Assembly (NCBI GenBank): GCA_038153405.1
Contig: JAYOYH010000011.1
Span: 47,560 to 111,559, forward strand
Direction: 5' to 3'
DNA: 64,000 bases
From: Gemmatimonadota bacterium
Lineage (GTDB): Bacteria; Latescibacterota; UBA2968; UBA8231
Shown here: one piece after another, positions 1 to 10,380 of the stretch
How positions within the stretch are numbered: position 1 is the first letter of the stretch
Layout: every line of letters starts with the position of its first letter
The notes under the pieces: generated by a model
Seen by the model: the letters and a program-made list of their open reading frames with translations, nothing else
Told to the model about the DNA's origin: nothing
Databases searched by the model: none
Made by a program: the position numbers and the translations under genes

Positions 1-299
1 CGGTCGTCGGCGTCCATCCGCGCGACAAACTCGCCGCGGCAGTGCTGCAATCCCCTATTGGGCGCCGCAACCACGCCGGCGTGCTCGGCAAAGAACGGCC
101 GCACGCGCGCGTCGCGCCGAGACCAGACGCGAAGAATATCGGCGCTGCGATCTTCCGAGCCATCGTCAACCGCTACGATTTCAAAGTCTTCTAAGCTCTG
201 TGCCAGCGTGCTCTCCAGCGCTTCGTCGAGCGTTTCTGCGGCGTTGTACAGCGGCATCAGCACCGACACGAGCGGCACATTTTCCGTGGTCTTTATCAT
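1..299 (-). CDS. Glycosyltransferase family 2, N-terminal part (runs off the window; absent from ORF track)
   Basis: Manual translation MIKTTENVPLVSVLMPLYNAAETLDEALES...EIVAVDDGSED...RGEFVARMDADD shows GT-A/GT2 motifs. Confidence 0.9.
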   Translation of the reverse strand, partial: MIKTTENVPLVSVLMPLYNAAETLDEALESTLAQSLEDFEIVAVDDGSEDRSADILRVWSRRDARVRPFFAEHAGVVAAPNRGLQHCRGEFVARMDADD

Positions 300-358
300 A
301 GGGCCACTTAGTATAACACCTTGACAGATTGGAAAACAAATAGCGTTCTTCTGCCCCT

Positions 359-1120
359 ATGTTACACTTGAAGTCCGATGGCGATATAGAGAAAATTCGC
401 GCGGCCGGACGCATCGCCGCCGAAGCCCTACTGCGCGTGCAGGAAGCCCTACAAATCGGCGTTACCACCGGCCAGCTAGATGCCATAGCTGACCGCTACA
501 TTCGCTCTCAGGGAGCCCAAGCCAGCGCGTTGGGCTACCGCGGCTATCCCAAGAGTATCTGCATTTCGGTCAACGACGAAATCGTGCACGGCATTCCCGG
601 CGCGCGCGCGCTCAACGACGGCGATATTTTGGCGGTGGATATCGCCGTAAAAAAGGACGGCTTCCACGGCGATATGAACGCCACCATGGTGCTCGGCAAC
701 GCGTCGGCCGAAGCGCGCCATCTCGTAGAGACAACGCGCGAATGCCTGGAGCGCGCACTGGCGTGTGCCACGGTCGATCATCGCCTTGGCGACATTGGCC
801 ATGCGATTCAGGCGCACGCCGAGGGCGAGGGGTTTTCCGTAGTCCGCGAATACTGCGGTCACGGTATCGGCCGCGACTTTCACGAAGAGCCACAGCTGCT
901 ACACTACGGCATCGCCGGCACGGGCAGGAGGCTGCAGTTGGGCATGGTCTTCACCATCGAACCCATGATCAATCAGGGCGTGGCCGAGACGCGCCTGCTC
1001 GACGACGACTGGACGGCCGTCACCGCAGACGGCAAGCTGTCGGCCCAGTTTGAACACACGGTGGCAATCACTGCAGCAGGCCCCGATATCCTCACGCGAT
1101 TTGACGACTTGCCGTTCTAA
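359..1120 (+). CDS. map: Methionine aminopeptidase type I
   Basis: SICISVNDEIVHGIP, GHGIG..FHEEP, FTIEPMIN, SAQFEHT motifs. Confidence 0.97.
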   Translation: MLHLKSDGDIEKIRAAGRIAAEALLRVQEALQIGVTTGQLDAIADRYIRSQGAQASALGYRGYPKSICISVNDEIVHGIPGARALNDGDILAVDIAVKKDGFHGDMNATMVLGNASAEARHLVETTRECLERALACATVDHRLGDIGHAIQAHAEGEGFSVVREYCGHGIGRDFHEEPQLLHYGIAGTGRRLQLGMVFTIEPMINQGVAETRLLDDDWTAVTADGKLSAQFEHTVAITAAGPDILTRFDDLPF

Positions 1121-1194
1121 TCCTTGCTACGAACCCGACACTAGCTATATTTATAGGTTGATTTCACTTACAGCGGTTTTACAGGAGCGCTACT

Positions 1195-1491
1195 ATGTCG
1201 AATAAAACTTCAGGCGAAGAGGGCGGCGAAGAGGAAGTGGCCGATTTTTCCTTTGACCCCGGCTCGCAGATTGAGCTCGAGTTAGAAGGTACCTGCTGCG
1301 TCACGGGCGAGCCCGTCAGCGGAGGATTTTGTCGCTTTCCCGACTACGTCAACGGCACGCTGATGGTCATGTCCAAAAAGGCTATGATCGAACAACTGCG
1401 CAACAGCACTTCCATTGAGACGTTTAAGAAGATTCTGGTCAAGCGCCACGGCAAGGCCATCCTCGAAAACGAGTACTACGCCAACTACTAG
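1195..1491 (+). CDS. Hypothetical protein, 98 aa, acidic N-terminus
   Basis: AGGAG RBS, clean ORF between map and a terminator. Confidence 0.75.
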   Translation: MSNKTSGEEGGEEEVADFSFDPGSQIELELEGTCCVTGEPVSGGFCRFPDYVNGTLMVMSKKAMIEQLRNSTSIETFKKILVKRHGKAILENEYYANY

Positions 1492-1503
1492 TCGAGCGCG
1501 CTG

Positions 1504-1548
1504 AAAAAAGAGGCGGGGACGGCCATCGCGCGCCGTCCCCGCCTCTTT
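1504..1548. terminator. Likely bidirectional intrinsic terminator
   Basis: aaagaggcggggacggc / gccgtccccgcctcttt inverted repeat between convergent genes. Confidence 0.85.
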
Positions 1549-1568
1549 GCGTTCTATACTGCACGCGC

Positions 1569-2150
1569 TCACGAACGCGATAGCAGAGCGTCGATGTCTT
1601 CGCTGAGGGCGCCGCGCGGATTGAGCTTGCCCTTGCTGTCGTGCGGCACGCCGATATGTTCTTTATAGATGCGACCTTCGCGATCGATGACAAACGTCAT
1701 CGGCACCGCCATCGACGCCAAATTGCGGCGCAAAAACTGGCGCACCAAGTCGCCGCGACCGTCGTGCACTATCGGATAGTTGATGTCGTAGCGCTCGATG
1801 AACTTGCTCAGCAGCGGCCTCACCTGCTCGGCCGAACCTTGGTCGAGCGAGACGCCAATGATGGCCACTTTCTCCGGGTCGTAATCGTCGCGCATCTTAA
1901 CCAAGTCGGGAATCTCGTAGCGACACGGGCCACACCAAGTCGCCCAAAAATTGAGCAACACCACGCGTCCCTTATAGTCGCGCAGGTCGACAATTTCTCC
2001 CTCGTGGTCTTCTATCTCGTAAAACTGAGTAGGCGGAAAGGCGATCTCGCCCCGTTGGCTTTCGGCCGCTTCTGGCTCCTCGCCGGCACACCCCACACCC
2101 GCAGTCCAAACCAGATAACAGAGCAATACCGTTCGCATCAACAAGCGCAT
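1569..2150 (-). CDS. TlpA/ResA-family thiol-disulfide oxidoreductase, exported or lipoprotein
   Basis: LNFWATWCGPC and TFVIDREG; start moved to MRLLMR, which has an AGGGGG RBS and a signal-like N-terminus. Confidence 0.9.
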   Translation of the reverse strand: MRLLMRTVLLCYLVWTAGVGCAGEEPEAAESQRGEIAFPPTQFYEIEDHEGEIVDLRDYKGRVVLLNFWATWCGPCRYEIPDLVKMRDDYDPEKVAIIGVSLDQGSAEQVRPLLSKFIERYDINYPIVHDGRGDLVRQFLRRNLASMAVPMTFVIDREGRIYKEHIGVPHDSKGKLNPRGALSEDIDALLSRS

Positions 2151-2232
2151 AATACCCCCTACGAGTTCATTGGCCGAATGCATGGGGAATATAGAATGCG
2201 CCCTGAACCTGTCAACGCCGGACCGCATCCGA

Positions 2233-5200
2233 TTAGGCGCGATGGCGCCAGCGCTCCTCGCGCACCTGGACGGTCGGCGGCTGGATCTGCGCCGTCAGCG
2301 ACGTGCGCGCAGCACCCAAAATCTCGTCGAGACCCTGCAGCAGGTCGTCACAGGGTTTGACCCGAACCGTGCGCGAGCGAATCACGGCGTCTTTCTCTCC
2401 ACCATTGCGCACGTGCAGCAGCAGTTCGCAGTCGCCCGCATAGCGATCGCAGTGCGCTTTGAGATGGCCTAGTAGCTGGTCGTTAACCTCCTCGTGTAGC
2501 AGCTGCACGTTAACGGCCTTGGTCAGCTTCTCGCGCGCTTCGTCAAGCGGCATGGCCTTTTCCGCCTGCAGGCTCAGGCGTCCGTTGCGCTCGGAGACGC
2601 GCCCCTCGACCATGATTACCGAATCCTCCTCCAGCAGCGACTCGCAGCTGGCAAAAACTTCGGAGAAAAACGCCACGTCGCCCTTGCCTCCCATATCTTC
2701 CAGCGTTACAAAGGCAAAGGCCTGACCGCGTTTGTCGTAAAGCTTGCGCACCTGCGACACCAGACCGCCAACGCGCATGGAGTAGCCATCGCGCTGTTTG
2801 TCCATATCGCTCAGCGGGGTGGCAAAGCTGCGCAGATCGCGCACGTGCGACTTGAGCGGATGGCTCGACACGTAAAAACCGAGCAGCTCGCGCTCTTTGG
2901 CGAGCATTTCTCGCTCGCTCCACACCTCGACCTCGGGCAGCTCGTGCTGCTCTAGTTCAACGGGCGCATCACCACCGCCGCCAAACAGGCTAATCTGGCC
3001 TTTCTCGCGCTGCTCCTGCTCCTTCTGCGCCACGCGCAGGGCCAGATCCAGCGCCTCCAGCTTTTGCGCCCGGTGACCTTCCAATCCGTCCAGCGCACCG
3101 GCGGCAATCAGGCTTTCAATAACGCGTCGGTTAACCGCCTTGAGGTCAATGCGCTCGCAAAATTCGAACAGAGTGCCGTATGCACCATCCTGCATGCGCG
3201 TATCGATGATACTCTGCACCGCGCCCTCGCCGACGTTTTTGATCGCCGCCATCCCGTAGCGAATCCCCTCGTCGGTCGGCGTGAAGTAGAGCGTGCTCTC
3301 ATTGACGTCGGGCGGCAGAACCGGAATATCCATGCGGCGGCAGTCGTCGAGCAGAATCGTAATGCGCTCGGTGTTGTTGCGGTCCATCGTCAAGCTCGCC
3401 GACATGTATTCCTTGGGGTAGTTAGCCTTGAGATAGGCATTCTTATAGGCCACTTCGGAATAGCAGGCAGCATGCGATTTGTTGAATGCATAGCCAGCAA
3501 AGACCTCGATATCGGCAAAGAGCTTTTCGGCGATTTTCTTTTCAACGCCATTCTCTACGCAGCCGTCGACGAAATCCTTTTTCATCTTGGCCATTTCCTC
3601 GGGCTTCTTCTTGCCCATAGCCTTGCGCAATATATCGGCCTGGCCCATGCTGAAACCGGCCAGATCGCGCGCAATGCGCATCACCTGTTCCTGGTAGACC
3701 ATGATCCCGTAGGTCGCCTCGAGAATGGGCTCCAACTTGGGGTGGTCGTATATCACTTCGATTTCGCCGTGCTTACGCCCGATAAAAGTGGGTATGTTCT
3801 CCATCGGACCCGGTCGATAGAGCGCATTCATGGCAATGATGTCTTCGATATTGTCCGGCTTGAGCTTGCTCAAGTACTCGCGCATGCCGCCCGACTCGAA
3901 CTGAAATACGCCAATGGTTTCACCGCGGCCGAACAGTTCAAAGGTCGGGCGATCTTCCCAAGATATGACGTCGAGGTTGAAGTCGGGTTGATACAGGCGG
4001 ATCAGGCGCACCGCCTCGTCCATCAGCGACAGCTCCTTGAGGCCGAGAAAATCCATCTTGAGCAAGCCGACTTCTTCGCAGGTTGGCCCGTCGAACTGCG
4101 TGGTCACGCGACCGTCTTTTGGCGCTTTGTAGAGCGGCACGTAGTCGGTCAGATCAGACGGCGCAATAATCACCGCACAGGCGTGCACCGAGGCATGGCG
4201 AGCCAGCCCTTCTAGACGACGCGCATAGTCGATGAGCTGCCCCTGTTCGTCGCGCGCCTCGGCCATCTGCTGCAGTTCCGGAACGCGATCGATCGCTTTG
4301 TCGATGGTCATTTTGAGCTCGGCCGGCACCAGTTTGGCGATGCGGTCGACCTCGCCGAAGGGCATTCCGAGCACGCGCCCCACGTCGCGCACCACCGCCT
4401 TGGCGCCCATAGTCCCAAAGGTGATGACCTGCGAGACGTTTTTCTCGCCGTACTTATCGACGACGTATCTGAGCACCTTGTCGCGATCGACATCGGCAAA
4501 GTCGATATCGATATCCGGCATGGATATGCGCTCGGGATTGAGAAAGCGCTCAAAGAGCAGATCGTATTTGATCGGATCGGTATCGGTGATGCCCAAACAG
4601 TAGGACACGAGGCTACCGGCAGCCGACCCGCGGCCCGGCCCAACGGAAATACCGCTCTGACGAGCGTAGTTGACAAAATCCCATACGATGAGGAAGTAGC
4701 CGGAAAACCCCATATTGGTGATCACGTCCAACTCATAGTCGAGGCGCTCACGCACCTCATTCTCTATCGCGCTATAGCGCCGCTCTAAGCCCTCCTTGGC
4801 CAAGTTGACCAGGTAGTTTTCGCTGCTCTCATAGCCTTGGGGTATGGGGAACTCTGGCATGTGCATGGTGCCAAATTCCAGCTCCACGTCGCATTTTTCG
4901 GCGATTTCCAGCGTGCGTTCAGCAACGCCGGGGAGATCGCTAAAGAGCGCGTGCATCTCGTCGGGCGACTTCATATAGAGCCCTTCGGGATAGCACATGC
5001 GATTTTCATCGCCGATGTTCTTGCCCGTCTGTATGCAGATCAGCGCATCGTGCGCAGCGTGATCGTCGGAGCGTAGAAAGTGAAAGTCGTTGGTGGCGAC
5101 CAGGGGCACGCCGAGCTTCTTGTGCAGGCGCAGCAGACCGTCGTTGACCTTTCCTTCAATGTCTATGCCGTGGCGTTGAATCTCCAGGTAATAATCGTCG

Positions 5201-5712
5201 CCAAAGATCTCCATAAACTCGCGGGCGACCTTCTCCGCTTCGGCAACGCCTTCGCGCTGAATCATATGCGGCACTTCGCCGCCAACGCAGGCAGACAGGC
5301 AGATGAGGCCCTCGCTGTATTCGCGCAGCAGTTCCTTGTCGATGCGCGGATTGTAGTAGTAGCCCTCTGTATAGCCCTTGGAAACCAGTTTGGTGAGGTT
5401 GCGGTAGCCGGTGGCGTTTTTGGCCAACAATACCAAGTGGTTGGAGGCATGTGCCAAGCCGCGTGCTGCCTTGCGCAAATGGCGGCTTTCGATGGCGACA
5501 TATACCTCGCAGCCTATGATCGGTTTGATGCCGACTTCTTTGCACGCCTTATAGTGCTCAATGACGCCAAAGAGGTTGCCGTGGTCGGTAACAGCCATGG
5601 CCGGCATGCCGAGTTCGGCCGCCGTCTCTGCCATTTCCCGTACGCGACAGCCGCCGTCGAGCAGGCTGTACTCGCTGTGACCGTGCAGGTGCACAAAACC
5701 AGCCGATGCCAT
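2233..5712 (-). CDS. dnaE: DNA polymerase III alpha subunit
   Basis: FVHLHGHSEYSLLDG PHP domain, GRGSAAGS, MPDIDIDF, FNKSHAA; start MASAG with GGAG RBS. Confidence 0.98.
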   Translation of the reverse strand: MASAGFVHLHGHSEYSLLDGGCRVREMAETAAELGMPAMAVTDHGNLFGVIEHYKACKEVGIKPIIGCEVYVAIESRHLRKAARGLAHASNHLVLLAKNATGYRNLTKLVSKGYTEGYYYNPRIDKELLREYSEGLICLSACVGGEVPHMIQREGVAEAEKVAREFMEIFGDDYYLEIQRHGIDIEGKVNDGLLRLHKKLGVPLVATNDFHFLRSDDHAAHDALICIQTGKNIGDENRMCYPEGLYMKSPDEMHALFSDLPGVAERTLEIAEKCDVELEFGTMHMPEFPIPQGYESSENYLVNLAKEGLERRYSAIENEVRERLDYELDVITNMGFSGYFLIVWDFVNYARQSGISVGPGRGSAAGSLVSYCLGITDTDPIKYDLLFERFLNPERISMPDIDIDFADVDRDKVLRYVVDKYGEKNVSQVITFGTMGAKAVVRDVGRVLGMPFGEVDRIAKLVPAELKMTIDKAIDRVPELQQMAEARDEQGQLIDYARRLEGLARHASVHACAVIIAPSDLTDYVPLYKAPKDGRVTTQFDGPTCEEVGLLKMDFLGLKELSLMDEAVRLIRLYQPDFNLDVISWEDRPTFELFGRGETIGVFQFESGGMREYLSKLKPDNIEDIIAMNALYRPGPMENIPTFIGRKHGEIEVIYDHPKLEPILEATYGIMVYQEQVMRIARDLAGFSMGQADILRKAMGKKKPEEMAKMKKDFVDGCVENGVEKKIAEKLFADIEVFAGYAFNKSHAACYSEVAYKNAYLKANYPKEYMSASLTMDRNNTERITILLDDCRRMDIPVLPPDVNESTLYFTPTDEGIRYGMAAIKNVGEGAVQSIIDTRMQDGAYGTLFEFCERIDLKAVNRRVIESLIAAGALDGLEGHRAQKLEALDLALRVAQKEQEQREKGQISLFGGGGDAPVELEQHELPEVEVWSEREMLAKERELLGFYVSSHPLKSHVRDLRSFATPLSDMDKQRDGYSMRVGGLVSQVRKLYDKRGQAFAFVTLEDMGGKGDVAFFSEVFASCESLLEEDSVIMVEGRVSERNGRLSLQAEKAMPLDEAREKLTKAVNVQLLHEEVNDQLLGHLKAHCDRYAGDCELLLHVRNGGEKDAVIRSRTVRVKPCDDLLQGLDEILGAARTSLTAQIQPPTVQVREERWRHRA

Positions 5713-5882
5713 GCAAATTCTCCAAAATATTGCCCGAGACAGCTCGCTGCAGCCGCCTGTAGGACGGATCCGTATGCGTAGAATAAAACGACAAAACCCA
5801 GCTAAGGCACGGCCAGGTCGGCAAGGGGAGCACCTCGTCGAATGCGATATCGAAAAGGGGTCGAAAAAGCCCGACACGAACA

Positions 5883-5911
5883 AACATAGCCAATAGAAAA
5901 TTGCCTGTCAA
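5883..5911 (-). promoter_or_regulatory. sigma70-type promoter for dnaE
   Basis: Minus strand TTGACA-17 nt-TATGTT. Confidence 0.65.
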
Positions 5912-6156
5912 TCGACCGACACGGCAAATGAAAAAAATGTTTTTCTTTATTCTAAATAGCTGTTTTTATTTCATTTATTTGTAAAAAAGACCAACTTGGT
6001 GCGCGCCGTTATAAATGTGCTTGTAGCTTGTTTTTCTAGGCGTTTACGCGCTTCGCAAAAGCGCTTAAAAAAATCTGCGACAAACGGCGGGGACGGCGCG
6101 CTGGCCGTCGATTGTAGACCGGCCTTATATTAGCCCGTAAACCAAACCGGGGGGCC

Positions 6157-7275
6157 ATGGGCAAAAAAATCATCGTCGTCGCTGGCGCGCGACCCAACTT
6201 CATGAAAGTCGCTCCCATTCTGGCGGATCTGCGCAGCGATCCACAGCATTTCGAGCCGCTACTAGTGCATACCGGCCAGCACTACGACTACCAGATGTCG
6301 GAAGTCTTTTTTGACGAGTTGGAACTGCCGCCCCCCGACGTCTATCTCGATGCCGCACGTGCGCATCCCAGCCAGCAAACAGCCGATATTATTGCCAAAT
6401 TTGACGAGGTGCTCGAGCGCGAACGGCCCGATCTAGTGCTCGTCGTGGGCGACGTCACATCAACCGACTCCTGTGCCATCGCCGCCAGCAAGCGCGACGT
6501 GGCGCTGGCCCACGTCGAAGCCGGTTTGCGCAGCCGCGACCGCCGCATGCCCGAGGAGCGCACTCGCTTGGTCACCGACGCGCTATCCGATCTGCTCTTC
6601 ACCTATTCGGACGACGCCGACGCCAACCTGCGGGCCGAGAACGTGCCGGAAGAGTGCATATTCCAGGTCGGCAACGTCATGATTGACACGCTCTTCCGCT
6701 TCCGCACAAAAGCGGCTCAGTCAAATATCCTCAGTGAAATAGGCGTGCGTCCCAAAGAGTACGCGCTGGCGACGATGCACCGCCCATCCAACGTCGACGA
6801 TCCGCATGCACTGGCCGAACTGCTCGGCGCCTTTGCCGAAATTGGTCAAGACATAGCGATCGTCTTTCAACTGCATCCGCGCACGAAGGAACGCATTGAG
6901 CGCTTCGGATTGCAGGACGCGCTCAGCGCCATACCCAACCTCCACCTGATTGGACCGCAGGGCTATCTGGATATCGTAAAATTGGAGGAGAACGCGCGCT
7001 TGGCCTTGACGGATTCGGCGGGCATAGCAGAAGAGACGACCGCGCTGCAGGTGCCCTGCCTGACGCTTAGAGAGAACACCGAGCGCCCCGTCACCATCGA
7101 TCAGGGCAGCAATCAATTGGTCGGCTGTCAGAGGGAACGCGTCGTGCAACAAGCGCGCGCGGCGCTGGCCGAGCAACGCAAAACGTACCCGGTCCCACCG
7201 CTGTGGGACGGACGCAGCGCCGAGCGCCTAGTGGAGGTGCTGCGCAAGGGAATTGTGCGGCGATTGCACTACTGA
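6157..7275 (+). CDS. wecB: UDP-N-acetylglucosamine 2-epimerase (non-hydrolysing)
   Basis: GARPNFMK, HTGQHYD, HVEAGLRS, TLRENTERP. Confidence 0.95.
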   Translation: MGKKIIVVAGARPNFMKVAPILADLRSDPQHFEPLLVHTGQHYDYQMSEVFFDELELPPPDVYLDAARAHPSQQTADIIAKFDEVLERERPDLVLVVGDVTSTDSCAIAASKRDVALAHVEAGLRSRDRRMPEERTRLVTDALSDLLFTYSDDADANLRAENVPEECIFQVGNVMIDTLFRFRTKAAQSNILSEIGVRPKEYALATMHRPSNVDDPHALAELLGAFAEIGQDIAIVFQLHPRTKERIERFGLQDALSAIPNLHLIGPQGYLDIVKLEENARLALTDSAGIAEETTALQVPCLTLRENTERPVTIDQGSNQLVGCQRERVVQQARAALAEQRKTYPVPPLWDGRSAERLVEVLRKGIVRRLHY

Positions 7276-8957
7276 GCGCTATCTTGCTCTTTGGCGCGCT
7301 GCGCCTTGAGCTGCATTGCCTGCGCTAGGAGTTCATCGAGCACCGCGTTGCTCTCAAATGGCTTCTGACGAACGAAATCGAACGGTTCACAGCGCGGATC
7401 GCCCTGGTCCAAATACCAACCCGTCAGCAGAATTGTCGCAACCGACGATATGCTTCGCTTCACTTCGACTGCCACTAAGTCTCCCGACATATCCGGCAAG
7501 CCCAAGTCGATAATCGCAACGTCAAAGTCCACCTGTCCATCGCTCAGGGCGCGCAGCGCCGACGCGCCGTCGTAGAAAACAGTCGCCTCGTGGTTGCGAC
7601 CAACGAGGCGGGACAGGGTGAGCGCAAATACCTTGTTGTCTTCGACGATGAGCACGCGCCCCGGACCCGCAACAGATGCCGCCAGCTTCTCAGGCGCAGG
7701 CCGTTCCGCTGGCGCCTCTTCCTCTACTGCCGGATTTTGGACGGGCAGCGCAATCGTAAAACGCGCTCCTTCACCCACCCTGCTTTCAACCTCTATATCG
7801 CCACCCGCTCCAACAATCGCATTATATACTGTCGTCATGCCGATGCCCGTGCCAACGGTGGACTTAGTAGAGAAAAAGGGCTCGAAAATGCGCAGGCGCG
7901 TCTCCTCGTCCATACCGTGGCCAGTGTCCGAATACTCGATGGTCGCCCAGCCATTTGCGCTGCGCGAAACAATGCGAATGTCGCCTTCTCGCCCTTCTAT
8001 AGCCTCAATCGAGTTGGTTATCAGGTTGATGAATACGTCCAGAAGTTTGCCCTCTACGGCGCGCACGCACACGCCGGGGGCCAACTCGCGGTGTACACCT
8101 ATCGTGCAGTTGCGCGCGCGCGCCTGATCGTGCCACAAATAGCGGGTATGGCTTATTGCCTGATCTATGACGTCGTTGAGTGAGACGGCGCTATAGCGGT
8201 CATGCGATTCCCTCTTGTACAGCGAATTCATATCGCGAATCAGGTCGCGAGCGCGCATAGCGGCCTTCACGATTTCCTCGACGTCCTGCATTTGACTAGA
8301 GTCGCTAATCTTTGTTCCCAGCAGAAAGGCTGGGCCCGTAATACAGGCGAGAATATTGTTCAAATTGTGGCTCATACCCGCGCACAGTTCCCCGGTGGCC
8401 CGCAGGCGCTGCGTGCGCACCAGCAGTTCTTCCGCTTCCTTCTGTCCTGATATATCGACGAACGTATTGATGACATCCAGACCAGTGCTCGTTTTTGAAG
8501 CGATGCTCTGTAAATACACCCACGTATTCTTCTCGTCACCTAGGCAGAGCTGACACTCTTTCCTTTCCCCCAATTTTGCCACTGAGCGCAAATGGAGGTC
8601 AATCTGACCTTGAAAATCGTCAGCGATCCAGTCGCGTAGGTTAGTACCGACAATCGATTGCTGCGCTGTACCCAGCATCGCACACGCCGTACCGTTGGCT
8701 TCTGTAATCACACCGTCCCTATCGCTGCCAACAATGCCAACGGGGGCACTGTTGAAAAGCCGGTCGTAGCGCGCGTTAAACAGTTCGAGATCGCGCTGGT
8801 TGGCGCGCAGCTGCTCATCTAGCGCTTTGCGTTCTACTTGGTGCGTAGATAGCTCACGTATGACCTCCTCTACGGCTTCTCTTACAGGCCGCTCGACGCC
8901 TTCCAGTCCAGCCTCTATAAACCTCTTTTGTTTCTCAAGTTCGTCGTTCGCTGACAT
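7269..8957 (-). CDS. Cytoplasmic hybrid sensor histidine kinase (PAS-HisKA-HATPase-REC)
   Basis: SHNLNN H-box, NLITNS, DTGHGM, FEPFFSTK, GTGIGM, REC domain LIVEDN/IIDLGLP; start uncertain (8957 or 9026). Confidence 0.9.
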   Translation of the reverse strand: MSANDELEKQKRFIEAGLEGVERPVREAVEEVIRELSTHQVERKALDEQLRANQRDLELFNARYDRLFNSAPVGIVGSDRDGVITEANGTACAMLGTAQQSIVGTNLRDWIADDFQGQIDLHLRSVAKLGERKECQLCLGDEKNTWVYLQSIASKTSTGLDVINTFVDISGQKEAEELLVRTQRLRATGELCAGMSHNLNNILACITGPAFLLGTKISDSSQMQDVEEIVKAAMRARDLIRDMNSLYKRESHDRYSAVSLNDVIDQAISHTRYLWHDQARARNCTIGVHRELAPGVCVRAVEGKLLDVFINLITNSIEAIEGREGDIRIVSRSANGWATIEYSDTGHGMDEETRLRIFEPFFSTKSTVGTGIGMTTVYNAIVGAGGDIEVESRVGEGARFTIALPVQNPAVEEEAPAERPAPEKLAASVAGPGRVLIVEDNKVFALTLSRLVGRNHEATVFYDGASALRALSDGQVDFDVAIIDLGLPDMSGDLVAVEVKRSISSVATILLTGWYLDQGDPRCEPFDFVRQKPFESNAVLDELLAQAMQLKAQRAKEQDSAQ

Positions 8958-9369
8958 GGGCTCTTTCACAATCTCTTCGTTTACACGGGCAAAGTGCGTT
9001 GAGGTGCAGCTTGTAGAAAAGGTCATTCACTCTATTTCGGCTGTTCATCTACAGCATCGCGCAATATGCCGGTCGCGAATTAGGTCGCGGGTGCGCATAG
9101 TCGATGACACCATTTTCTCAGAGCTTCTGCGGGCCTCCGGGCGATTGTTAATTCGGATGCCCAAGATAAAAAATCAAGTGGAGATATCGAAAAAAGGCTG
9201 AACAGCTTAGATTGACGCAAGTACAACCATCTACGTATCTGCTGCACAGCATGAATATTGTCATATTTATAAACATACTGAATTAGAAATGATAACTCAA
9301 TTAGGCGTAGACGCCTGCGCACACCGCAGTCCATAGGCTAAGTAGATTAACTGAGATGAATGGAATAAC

Positions 9370-10233
9370 ATGGATAAGCTAACGCTAAACAAAAACATAC
9401 TCGGTTTTGAAGTGCTCTACGACGACCGCGCACCTCTGACTCTCTACCGAGTTGCGGAAGAACTCCCGCGCACGGATTCGCCCAAACCCTGCTTTGCCCC
9501 TATTTACACGCCAAACGGCACGCTCGTTACGGAGTATCGACCAGCCGATCACACCTGGCATACGGGACTCTACTTCGGCTGGGTACATGCCAATGATGCC
9601 AATCTGTGGGGAGGCCCTTGGTACGTGCCGGAAAAGAATACATACGAATACGTGGCCAACACGCACGGCGCGCAGCGCCACGACGACTTTCTCCGCGTTG
9701 AATCGGGCGACGCGATCCGCGTTGAAGAGGCGCTGTCTTGGCTAGCCGCCGATGACACCGTCTTCGCACGCGAAACGCGCACCTACCGCATTGAGCGAAT
9801 CGAAGGCGGCACGCGTTGGCGCATCGATACGCACATAGAGCCGACCGGCGACGCGTTGGTCCTTGGCGCCAGTCGCGCTGCCCGCTACAGCGGTCTAGAA
9901 CTGCGCATGGGACCGCCCTTTGCCGATGCGTTCCACTACGACAGCGAGGGCCGCCAGCAGCACGAGCACATTATGGGACAACGAGCACGCTGGGTCGTTG
10001 CGCGCGGCGCGGCGGGCGGCTGCGTCGCCATGATGGACCATCCGGACAATCCGCGCTATCCCGTAACGTGGTTCGTACGAAAGAACTTACTGGGTGCCGG
10101 ACTGCTGATGGAAGGCGATCTAGAGATCGCGCGCGGCCAGACCCTGGATCTGTCTTATGCCTTTTTCGTGCTCGATGCCGACCCTGGCCCGGCGCGCTGG
10201 GAACGGCATTTCGAAGCGTTTATTGCCGCGTAG
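9370..10233 (+). CDS. PmoA-like/DUF6807 family protein (not a true methane monooxygenase)
   Basis: KPCFAPIYTPNG, DHTWHTGLYFGW, MDHPDNPRYP..WFVR pattern. Confidence 0.7.
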   Translation: MDKLTLNKNILGFEVLYDDRAPLTLYRVAEELPRTDSPKPCFAPIYTPNGTLVTEYRPADHTWHTGLYFGWVHANDANLWGGPWYVPEKNTYEYVANTHGAQRHDDFLRVESGDAIRVEEALSWLAADDTVFARETRTYRIERIEGGTRWRIDTHIEPTGDALVLGASRAARYSGLELRMGPPFADAFHYDSEGRQQHEHIMGQRARWVVARGAAGGCVAMMDHPDNPRYPVTWFVRKNLLGAGLLMEGDLEIARGQTLDLSYAFFVLDADPGPARWERHFEAFIAA

Positions 10234-10315
10234 TCGGCCGGCCGCCACGCGCTTGACATCCGGCGCAGTGCCGATACTATCCCCCCTGAGCAATGCTCAT
10301 CGCTGGGCCAATCTA

Positions 10316-10360
10316 TTGACTGGGCTCTTCGTTGGCATATATTTCAAACATACGTTTAAA
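10316..10360 (+). promoter_or_regulatory. Promoter with overlapping TetR (PsrA-like) operator
   Basis: TTGACT-16-TATATT followed by TTCAAAC-atac-GTTTAAA near-palindrome. Confidence 0.65.
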
Positions 10361-10380
10361 TGAAATGCATAATTGAGACC

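Noticed and set aside
3064..4215. Long antisense ORFs (also 27897-28895, 51613-52419 and others)
   Set aside because: Shadow frames of well-supported genes in GC-rich DNA, with no recognisable motifs
2233..5712. Intein or split dnaE
   Set aside because: Normal length (about 1160 aa) and continuous motifs
5925..6040. Replication origin in the AT-rich tract
   Set aside because: No DnaA boxes (TTATCCACA-like) seen; consistent with a divergent promoter region
9370..10233. Methane oxidation gene
   Set aside because: Soluble protein; the PmoA family label is misleading and there is no pmoCAB context
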